In this document: piece after piece, positions 1 to 11,000 of the stretch
Position numbering within the stretch: the stretch's first letter is position 1
Layout of the letters: each line of letters begins with the position of its first letter
DNA from: Nemertoderma westbladi
Taxonomy: Eukaryota > Animalia > Xenacoelomorpha
Assembly: GCA_032718475.1 (NCBI GenBank)
Contig: JAUCBJ010000214.1
Span: 1 to 48,824, forward strand
Direction: 5' to 3'
DNA length: 48,824 nucleotides
The notes under the pieces: model-generated
What the model saw: only the letters and a program-made list of their open reading frames with translations
Told to the model about the DNA's origin: nothing
Databases searched by the model: none
Program-made: the position numbers and the translations under genes

Positions 1-241
1 TTACGTATTTATAATATAATACGGACAGTAAGGAAAGAGAAAAATAATTATTTCTTCGCCGTCGCACTAAATATAATATAAGTAATTACGTACGCAATAA
101 ACACGAATATATTGCACTATTCTACTAAATAATCGCTAAATAATATTCTACTAAATTAAATAAAACGATTATAATAAAATTACATAGTAATACATACATA
201 AATATAAAAATAATAAAATAATATAAAATAATAGAGTCACA
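1..241 (-). mobile_element. Probable 3' LTR (partial, cut by window edge) of the minus-strand Bel/Pao element
   Basis: On the minus strand a purine-rich tract (GGAGTGGGTG, 242-251) is followed directly by TGTGACTC, downstream of the Bel/Pao ORF. No matching second LTR was found in the window. Confidence 0.4.
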
Positions 242-391
242 CACCCACTCCATATGTTGTTACGTTATGGAGTCCCTAGATGTTTGAAGGATTAGGGAGG
301 TGGTCGTGGGAAGAGAATCTTGCCTTCCACAGTTTCCGGAGAGTCCTCCATTCCCTTCCGGTAAACACAAACGACCGACTGGGTGATTGAG

Positions 392-1726
392 TCACTGCAT
401 CCCGAATACAATTCCAGGTTTCCTCTTCGTCCTGGAATAGTGACGATAGAAACATCGTTCTAAGTACACGACGGCCTTACAAAGCCGATTCCAGGAGCTA
501 TAGTGGTCCGTCGCTCCCTGCAGGAGAGGTGAGAGTCCCTGCGAGACGTCTGATGTTCCAGAGCTCCAATCGCTCTCTCTGATCTTCATGAAGGATCCAC
601 TCGCGGTGGGGAGGTCCAGATCCACGGCGTCGTCCCTGGCAATATGTAATACCGACAGATCTATCCCGGGTTCAAATAACTCCGCTCCACCCGTCCGGGT
701 TTTAGGTTTAACTTTCTCCGCTCCCTTGGCTGGTCTAATCTCAGTCGGAGTAAGATGGGGAGGCCATTCATCCTCCTTACTCAGGAAGTCGGGTTCACCT
801 AACCGGTCTGTAGTATCTGTCAGTTCTTGAGGAGTTGCTCCTCTGGAAGCGATGTCGGCTATATTCATCGTCTTGGGGCAATATCTCCATTGATCTACAT
901 TGGAGTTAAGATTGTCATTATCTGAGGAGTGTGGTGTTCCCTCAGTTGGGTCGTCTCCCTCACTAGTATCGTCTTCCCATTCACTCACCTGGCAGACGCG
1001 ATCTTGAAGCAGTCTTTCCCTGAGCGTTCTACGGGAAGGTCCAGTAAGGTACCAACCTACTCTAGTTCTTACCGCATAGGTCTGAAGTGGTTGCGGTTGA
1101 GTAGGTCGTTTCTCTAATGTCTCCAGCGCCTCATGCGCGTTTTGACCGATTAATATTTGTACTCCAGGATAATCGGTGTCGAATCTAGGGATGTTAAGTT
1201 GTTGGGCATGATCATCTTCGTCCCAATTATAAGGTTCCACTTGGGTGGTAGCGAAGTTCTTTATTGCCACCATTTTGACTGACCTTATGCTGTGTTCTCC
1301 TAGTTCGTCCTGGGGGGTGGACAACGCTCCTACATAATAATCCGCTGTAATTGTAGATTTCCAAACTTGCATAATGCCAGACATGTTGAGCTTAGTTTGG
1401 AACTTGGGTTGTCCAGCAAATATATCTTCGGCTAGCTCTTTATCGATGAATGTTCCTGTGCTGCCGGAGTCCAGGAGGGCGTTCACTACATAACTCCGTT
1501 TAGGTCCGTGAACCCTTACCTGCACCACAGGAAACTCTCGGATCCCTACATTGGAAGATGGTTCTTTCCAAGATGGTTGTCGTTCGGAAGTAGTTAGAGT
1601 GAAGTCGTTGTCTGGATCCTTTTCATAGGTGAGTGCTCGATACACTACGGTATTTATTATATAACAGGATTCGTTTTCGTCTGAGAATGTCAGACTACTC
1701 TCAAGCCTAAATAAACTACAGGACAT
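392..1726 (-). mobile_element. Bel/Pao LTR-retrotransposon pol remnant: aspartic protease fused to the RNase H C-terminal/linker region, RT missing
   Basis: LLDSGSTGTFI protease motif, ILIG...RTRVGWYLTGP, QWRYCPKTMNIADIASRG and SSWNRLCKAVVYL are characteristic Bel/Pao pol motifs. No RT motifs lie between them. Confidence 0.85.
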
Positions 1727-2089
1727 GCAGACTCCGAAATGATTAGGCAGTATGCGTTCTAACCCAGTAGTACGACTTATTCTTTAATTGGGGGTTTACC
1801 TTACAGCATCTGCTGCCCCTACTTCCTAACCGTACTCAATCGGACAGGTGCTCTACACACACTGTAATCCGTTCAGACCTAACAGCAATCAGACAACAGC
1901 TCAGCCTACAAATTGTCTGTACAATCTGATCAGGTTTACACGCCTTCTGTTCAATACTGGCCTACTAACAAATAAAACTGACAGAAATAAGTAAGCTCCA
2001 AAAGAAACAAGGGGTGTACAGTCCCTAATCTCTTAAACAGCCTACCGGTATACAACAATCAAGTCGAATAATACTAATGTACTTATACG

Positions 2090-2230
2090 GGAAGTACCGG
2101 TTAGGACAGTTAGGCCTACCGACCTACTGAAGTACCGGTTCTGGCAGTTGGACCTACGGCCTACGGCAGTACCGGTTCTGGCAGTTGGGCCTACTGACCT
2201 ACAGATGTACCTTTCAGGTTTACCGGTACT
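2090..2230. repeat. Short degenerate tandem repeat (about 38 bp, 3-4 copies)
   Basis: Recurrent gtaccggttctggcagttgg(g)cctac core. Confidence 0.6.
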
Positions 2231-2674
2231 TTCAACTTTATTGCTTACTGCAATAAAGAAGCTATATCCGTTATTGTTCGCGCTTTCAGACCTTTGGCAG
2301 TTTAACCCGCCAAATTAGGATGTCTTCTAGATAATAAATCACCTTTAGTCTATGACAAGTATTTAATTCACTACACTAGTCGAAACCAATCTGTGCGCGA
2401 TCATTCACCCGCTGGATATACCCGGGAGATTGGGTTCGACGGCTTAATCTTATTGCTATGTAAGCCTAATGTATTATTCGACTGACAGTATTATATAATC
2501 TCTGACAATATTATTCACCTTCAGGGAATATTAACAGTTCCTTTAGGACGTGGCGCTCTATCTATATAAACAGAGTTATGACTTAAACTACTCACAACGA
2601 TATGGCTTAGTTACAATTCACATATATGGTGCATTCTTTAGGAAATGCTTCGTTATCAGTCTCACTCATACACA

Positions 2675-4020
2675 ATGCTGCACAATACTGCACACTGATC
2701 TGCCGATCTTCACTGATTTTAGTCACATATAAAAGGAACACGGACCGAATCATGTAGGGTCTATCAAATAACATTAGATTCACTTCAAACCACTCAACAT
2801 AGGTCGCAATCATTTATCTGTAACCTTTCTCTCTTACCTTCGGTATATCAAGAATATTGGGTTTTCGGGGTTATTTGTCGTTATTCCAAATATAATAATT
2901 CATCAACCATATTATGAAGAAAACACTGATAGTAAATAGCAGTATAACAATATAAAGTATGCACAGTGTTACACAGTATGCAGTGTATGCAGTACTGCAG
3001 TATGCAGATAACGGATATATGTCCTTATAATTAAGCCTACTAGTGTAGGGCTAAAGCAGAAAAGCACAAAATACTCCAAAGCCGTTCTTCCTGGCTTAGA
3101 ATCACCAACAACACTGATAAGAATAACTATAAGAATACCAGCTACCCTTATTCCACGAAGCTCCCGTCCAACACAGAGAAAGAGCAGTGAGATAGGAAAA
3201 TTTCAGTTCAGTAGCTCTGTGATAGGTCAAAATCAAAGCCAACTCAAATCCTATTGGCAGATACAGAAAGCAGGGCTATGGGGCAACGTGGCAATATCAG
3301 CCGTTAGCCGTCGTCATGCTAGCGACACTGTTTTCAAGAGTATCGAGCTTTTTACGTCACGAAATTACAGATTATGTCCTCTAAAGTACAAATACAGAAG
3401 AAATGGCTTTTATGTTCTCTAAAACACCAGTACAGCAAGGACACGGCCTTTTTATGCCTGGTAAACCAACCACAGAGTACTTTACGGGGATAATAACCGG
3501 CTAATTACGCAAAAGCTTTTACAACACGACTTCACACTACTTCACACTACTGCACACTAATCTGCCGACCGTCACTGAATTTGATCATACATAAGGAAGA
3601 TCGCAACTGACACTTGTAGGGATTATGAAATAGCATTTAATTCACACAAAACCACCATAATTTAAGTCGCAGTTGCTACCGGTAACCTGTTCCTCTCACC
3701 TTCAGTAATCAAGAAGATTGGGGGTTTTATGATTATTCATCGGTATTCTCCAAATGTATCAGCAATATACATCAATATTTACATATACAATATACATACA
3801 ATACATCAATTAATAATAGAAGTAAAATAATGCGGTGAACAGGCAGTATGTGTTACAATAGTGTTTCAATGTACAGCAATGTTTCGAGAGTTGAGTGGAT
3901 TGAGTGTTCAATGATAATAGATTTACGTTCTTATAATCAAAGCCATCTAATATTTAGGCCAAAGTCTGAAACTTCCAAACAGAAGTACAGAAGAATTCCA
4001 AGCCGGTTCTGAGGCTCAGA
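2675..4020. repeat. Two diverged direct copies of a ~430-480 bp non-coding segment (about 2675-3100 and 3540-4020)
   Basis: Colinear matches: ctgcacactgatctgccga/ctgcacactaatctgccga, taacctttctctcttaccttcggta/taacctgttcctctcaccttcagta, cttataattaagcc/cttataatcaaagcc, ggcttaga/ggctcaga. Confidence 0.65.
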
Positions 4021-4420
4021 AAAAGGTAAACAAAGACCATAATGCATTGCGCGGGTTTCCATAGGCCTCTGTAAGACATAAGGGGGAAAATTGCTCTGAT
4101 TGGCTGACTAGGCAGAACAAAGAAAAGTTCCACGTCTACAGGAAATCAGCTGACAGATTTCGTCATCTGAGCTCCAATCTCTTCCCGTCGTTGGATAAAT
4201 TTAGGGCTATCTTAGAGTATTCTGCGCATTGCGGCAAAAATGACTTGTTATGTCCGCAAAAGCACCTACACTGCGCATTGTGGGAAAAATGACTTGTTAT
4301 GTCCGCAAAAGCTTTTACACTACGATTGGCCCAACTCATCGTTCCACGTGTTGTACGCACCCCATTGGCTTATCTAACTTAATGAAACTGAAAATGTAAC
4401 AACCCAAAATTCAAATCTAC

Positions 4421-4489
4421 CGACCAAGATTCGAACCCCTGACCTACATAGAATGTAACCCGCGCCTTAACCTACTCGACCACTGCGCC
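4421..4489 (-). other. tRNA-derived sequence (SINE head or tRNA pseudogene)
   Basis: Minus strand has an A-box-like TGGTCGAGTAGG and a B-box GGTTCGAATC at tRNA spacing, but no convincing acceptor stem. Confidence 0.6.
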
Positions 4490-4797
4490 AATGGAATTCC
4501 AAGTGAAATTATAACTATTGTAGGTAATAGGCAAATTACAACAACTACAAATCAAGGCAAAATACGTCGGATTTAGAAAGTTTTTTATGTAGTACTGTAA
4601 ATATCTTACTTAACAGTGAAATAATCCCACAAAATGTAAGTTGAGCAACATAACATCTATCAATGAATAAATTACATAATAACATCACCAACCCACCACC
4701 AATACCTTAATATATTATATTAATATAATATAATATATTATTTATATAATACAATTTATAGTTAAATGACTGCCAGGAGTTTTTGTAGAAAGTGACT

Positions 4798-4964
4798 TCA
4801 ATCCAATAAACCACAGAAATCAGAGCAAACGCTTCCAAGAACAGGGACTACTAGTTGGCAAGGAATAGAAAACCACACGGGGAGAGTACCACAGAACGGC
4901 TCCATCAGAGCACTGCTTGCACAAGCAGCCCTGCACGCATCGCCAAGCGCGTCTATCTCCAACA
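4798..4964 (-). CDS. Exon 5 (terminal) of the ShKT gene: Cys-rich C-x3-C-x9-C-x10-C-x10-C-x3-C module
   Basis: Strong acceptor ttttttaatttttcag. Phase-1 entry gives 54 open codons with six Cys, then TGA at 4800-4798 and an AT-rich 3' region. Confidence 0.75.
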
Positions 4965-5048
4965 CTGAAAAATTAAAAAAATAAATAAATCACCACAGAT
5001 TAGACAACCGGACATACAATAAGAACACATCCATCCAGGGTTATCTGT

Positions 5049-5095
<47 letters not shown>

Positions 5096-8000
5096 TCAAT
5101 CAATCAATCAATCAACGCTAACTCAACTGGTCTCTCAATAAGAACACATCCATCCAGGGTTATCTGTATCAATCATCCAAGGTGACTCAACTGGACTTAC
5201 AATAAGAACACATCCATCCAGGGTTATCTGTATCAATCATCCCAAGTGACTCAACTGGACTTACAATAAGAACACATCCATCCAGGGTTATCTATATCAA
5301 TCAATCAATCAACGCTAACTCAACTGGACTTACAATAAGAACACATCCATCCAGGGTTATCTGTATCAATCAATCAATCATCCCATCTAACCCAACTGGA
5401 CTTACAATAAGAACACATCCATCCAGGGTTATCTGTATCAATCAATCAATCAACGCAACTAACTCAACTGGGCTTACAATAAGAACACATCCATCCAGGG
5501 TTATCTGTATCAATCAATCAATCAACGCAGCTAACTCAACTGGACTTACAATAAGAACACATCCATCCAGGGTTATCTGTATCAATCAATCAATCAACGC
5601 TAACTCAACTGGACTTACAATAAGACACATCCATCCAGGGTTATCTGTATCAATCAATCAATCATCGCAACTAACTCAACTGGACTTACAATAAGAACAC
5701 ATCCATCCAGGGTTATCTGTATCAATCAATCAATCATCAACGCAGCTAACTCAACTGGACTTACAATAAGAACACATCCATCCAGGGTTATCTGTATCAA
5801 TCAATCAATCAACGCTAACTCAACTGGACTTACAATAAGACACATCCATCCAGGGTTATCTGTATCAATCAATCAATCATCGCAACTAACTCAACTGGAC
5901 TTACAATAAGAACACATCCATCCAGGGTTATCTGTATCAATCAATCAATCATCAACGCAGCTAACTCAACTGGACTTACAATAAGAACACATCCATCCAG
6001 GGTTATCTGTATCAATCAATCAATCAACGCAAATAACTCAACTGGACTTACAATAAGAACACATCCATCCAGGGTTATCTGTATCAATCAATCAATCAAC
6101 GCTAACTCAACTGGACTTACAATAAGAACACATCCATCCAGGGTTATCTGTATCAATCAATCAATCAATCATCGCAGCTAACTCAACTGGACTTACAATA
6201 AGAACACATCCATCCAGGGTTATCTGTATCAATCAATCAATCAATCATCGCAGCTAACTCAACTGGGCTTACAATAAGAACACATCCATCCAGGGTTATC
6301 TGTATCAATCAATCAATCAACGCAGCTAACTCAACTGGACTTACAATAAGAACACATCCATCCAGGGTTATCTGTATCAATCAATCAATCAACGCTAACT
6401 CAACTGGACTTACAATAAGAACACATCCATCCAGGGTTATCTGTATCAATCAATCAATCAATCATCGCAGCTAACTCAACTGGACTTACAATAAGAACAC
6501 ATCCATCCAGGGTTATCTGTATCAATCAATCAATCAACGCAGTTAACTCAACTGGACTTACAATAAGAACACATCCATCCAGGGTTATCTGTATCAATCA
6601 ATCAATCAACGCAGTTAACTCAACTGGACTTACAATAAGAACACATCCATCCAGGGTTATCTGTATCAATCAATCAATCAACGCAGCTAACTCAACTGGA
6701 CTTACAATAAGAACACATCCATCCAGGGTTATCTGTATCAATCAATCAATCAATCAACGCAGCTAACTCAACTGGACTTACAATAAGAACACATCCATCC
6801 AGGGTTATCTGTATCAATCAATCAATCATCCCATCTAACCCAACTGGACTTACAATAAGAACACATCCATCCAGGGTTATCTGTATCAATCAATCAATCA
6901 ATCATCGCAGCTAACCCAACTGGACTTACAATAAGAACACATCCATCCAGGGTTATCTGTATCAATCAATCAATCAACGCTAACTCAACTGGACTTACAA
7001 TAAGAACACATCCATCCAGGGTTATCTGTATCAATCAATCAATCAACGATAACTCAACTGGACTTACAATAAGAACACATCCATCCAGGGTTATCTGTAT
7101 CAATCAATCAATCAATCATCCCATCTAACCCAACTGGACTTACAATAAGAACACATCCATCCAGGGTTATCTGTATCAATCAATCAATCAACGCTAACTC
7201 AACTGGACTTACAATAAGAACACATCCATCCAGGGTTATCTGTATCAATCAATCAATCAATCATCCCAGCTAACTCAACTGGACTTACAATAAGAACACA
7301 TCCATCCAGGGTTATCTGTATCAATCAATCAATCAATCATCGCAGCTAACTCAACTGGACTTACAATAAGAACACATCCATCCAGGGTTATCTGTATCAA
7401 TCATCCAAGGTGACTCAACTGGACTTACAATAAGAACACATCCATCCAGGGTTATCTGTATCAATCAATCAATCATCCCATCTAACCCAACTGGACTTAC
7501 AATAAGAACACATCCATCCAGGGTTATCTGTATCAATCAATCAATCATCCCATCTAACCCAACTGGACTTACAATAAGAACACATCCATCCAGGGTTATC
7601 TGTATCAATCAATCAATCAATCATCCCAGCTAACTCAACTGGACTTACAATAAGAACACATCCATCCAGGGTTATCTGTATCAATCAATCAATCATCGCA
7701 GCTAACTCAACTGGACTTACAATAAGAACACATCCATCCAGGGTTATCTGTATCAATCATCCAAGGTGACTCAACTGGACTTACAATAAGAACACATCCA
7801 TCCAGGGTTATCTGTATCAATCAATCAATCATCCCATCTAACCCAACTGGACTTACAATAAGAACACATCCATCCAGGGTTATCTGTATCAATCAATCAA
7901 TCAACGCTAACTCAACTGGACTTACAATAAGAACACATCCATCCAGGGTTATCTGTATCAATCAATCAATCAATCATCCCAGCTAACTCAACTGGACTTA

Positions 8001-11000
8001 CAATAAGAACACATCCATCCAGGGTTATCTGTATCAATCAATCAATCAATCATCGCAGCTAACTCAACTGGACTTACAATAAGAACACATCCATCCAGGG
8101 TTATCTGTATCAATCATCCAAGGTGACTCAACTGGACTTACAATAAGAACACATCCATCCAGGGTTATCTGTATCAATCAATCAATCATCCCATCTAACC
8201 CAACTGGACTTACAATAAGAACACATCCATCCAGGGTTATCTGTATCAATCAATCAATCATCCCATCTAACCCAACTGGACTTACAATAAGAACACATCC
8301 ATCCAGGGTTATCTGTATCAATCAATCAATCATCCCATCTAACCCAACTGGACTTACAATAAGAACACATCCATCCAGGGTTATCTGTATCAATCAATCA
8401 ATCAACGCAGCTAACTCAACTGGACTTACAATAAGAACACATCCATCCAGGGTTATCTGTATCAATCAATCAATCAACGCTAACTCAACTGGACTTACAA
8501 TAAGACACATCCATCCAGGGTTATCTGTATCAATCAATCAATCATCGCAACTAACTCAACTGGACTTACAATAAGAACACATCCATCCAGGGTTATCTGT
8601 ATCAATCAATCAATCATCAACGCAGCTAACTCAACTGGACTTACAATAAGAACACATCCATCCAGGGTTATCTGTATCAATCAATCAATCAATCAATCAA
8701 CGCAAATAACTCAACTGGACTTACAATAAGAACACATCCATCCAGGGTTATCTGTATCAATCAATCAATCATCGCAACTAACTCAACTGGACTTACAATA
8801 AGAACACATCCATCCAGGGTTATCTGTATCAATCAATCAATCATCAACGCAGCTAACTCAACTGGACTTACAATAAGAACACATCCATCCAGGGTTATCT
8901 GTATCAATCAATCAATCAATCAACGCAAATAACTCAACTGGACTTACAATAAGAACACATCCATCCAGGGTTATCTGTATCAATCAATCAATCAACGCTA
9001 ACTCAACTGGACTTACAATAAGACACATCCATCCAGGGTTATCTGTATCAATCAATCAATCATCAACGCAGCTAACTCAACTGGACTTACAATAAGAACA
9101 CATCCATCCAGGGTTATCTGTATCAATCAATCAATCAATCAACGAAACTAACTCAACTGGACTTACAATAAGAACACATCCATCCAGGGTTATCTGTATC
9201 AATCAATCAATCAACGCTAACCCAACTGGACTTACAATAAGAACACATCCATCCAGGGTTATCTGTATCAATCAATCAATCATCAACGCAGCTAACTCAA
9301 CTGGACTTACAATAAGAACACATCCATCCAGGGTTATCTGTATCAATCAATCATCGCAGATAACTCAACTGGACTTACAATAGGAACATCCATTCAGTGT
9401 TCTGGCCTTACTTACCCGGTCCGTCGTCACATTTGTCGCAGCTGGTCTGACAATAGGAGTACATGAATCCAGGGTTTGCCTCACATTGCCCTGTGTGGTG
9501 GGCCCAAAAGTGGCATGTGTTGGTATCAAAGTCAGCTTCTTCAATGCAAACTGTAGAACACAAAAACAAAAACATTACCATAAAATTATTCAAACAAATT
9601 TGATTATTTTAAAATACACCCTAGAGCGACTTTGTTGCTATAAAAATATCATTATCATTAGATTACAAATGATATTGTAGACTCTAATGTGTTCTTTGTA
9701 CGGAAAACTCATTACACTGCAAACAAGAAAAATAGTATTTCTGTGACACAGAACGTCATTTTGGTCATAATTGTATCACTTAGAACAAGCAACATTCAAT
9801 AGTATTTGAGTAGAGATTGTACTTTACATTGGATTTTGACTAACACGGTGGATCTAAGTCACAAATGTTGCAGGAGGTCTGACAGTTGATCAACATATAA
9901 CCAGGGTTCGCTTCACAATCGCCGATGAATGCCCAACCAGAACACAATGGTGTTTCATCGGGAAGTTGCAAGCAAGCTGTAAATAAAATACTCAAAAAAT
10001 AGAAAATATAATTGAGATTTATAACAATGAGAAAAGATTACATATACACTATGAATACAGTGCCATCAAAACTACAAATTACTGATGATAACTGCATAAT
10101 ATACATCTACATCTACACTACAAATCAACTAACGATCTTCACAGCCGTGGCAACTTGCAGCACAATTCTCTAACATGTAATCGGGATTTACGTCACATTG
10201 ACCCAGATCGGCCCACTCTTCGCAATAAACATTTCTATCAATCAAATTAGCGCAATCTGAAACTATTTAATATAAAGACTATAGGTGTTAATTAAATAAT
10301 AGGGGGGGGGGGGGGGGGGGGGGGTACTCCGAGAATTCCTGGCTCAACGTGCAGGCAGTCTACACATAACACTGCGGAAATTCCTCCCTCTACATACGGG
10401 CTGACTACACATGGCACTCTGGGAATACCTGGCTCTACATGCGGGCTAACTACACATGGCACTCCGGGAATTCTTGGCTCAATGTGCGGGCTGACTACAC
10501 ATGGCACTCCGGAAATTCCTGGCTCTACATGCGGGTTGACTACACATGGCACTCTGGAAATACCTGGCACTACATGCGGGCTGACTACACATTGCACTCC
10601 TGGAATACCTGGCACTACATGCGGGCTGACTACGCATGGCACTCGGGAATACCTGGCTCTACATGCGGGCTGACTACACATGGCACTCGGGAATACCTGG
10701 CTCTACATGCGGGCTAACTACACATGGCACTCCGGGAATTCTTGGCTCAATGTGCGGGCTGACTACACATGGCACTCCGGAAATTCCTGGCTCTACATGC
10801 GGGTTGACTACACATGGCACTCTGGGAATACCTGGCACTACATGCGGGCTGACTACACATTGCACTCCTGGAATACCTGGCACTACATGCGGGCTGACTA
10901 CGCATGGCACTCGGGAATACCTGGCTCTACATGCGGGCTGACTACACATGGCACTCCTGGAATATCTGGCTCTACATGCGGGCTGACTACACATGGCACT

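Noticed and set aside
4421-4489. Functional tRNA gene (also 39774-39848)
   Set aside because: A and B boxes are present but a full cloverleaf cannot be folded.
5005-9400. CRISPR-like array (constant repeat with variable spacers)
   Set aside because: The spacers are recurring (ATCA)n microsatellite variants rather than unique sequences, there are no cas genes, and the array lies in a eukaryotic intron.
5005-9400. TGA at the position of ShKT Cys5 in each unit read as selenocysteine
   Set aside because: Further stops follow in the (TTGA)n tract, unit lengths do not keep frame, and no SECIS is evident.
9408-9593. Single-exon 61-aa ShKT toxin as given in the ORF track
   Set aside because: The apparent hydrophobic leader is the T-rich acceptor region of an intron; canonical splice sites bound 9416-9550.
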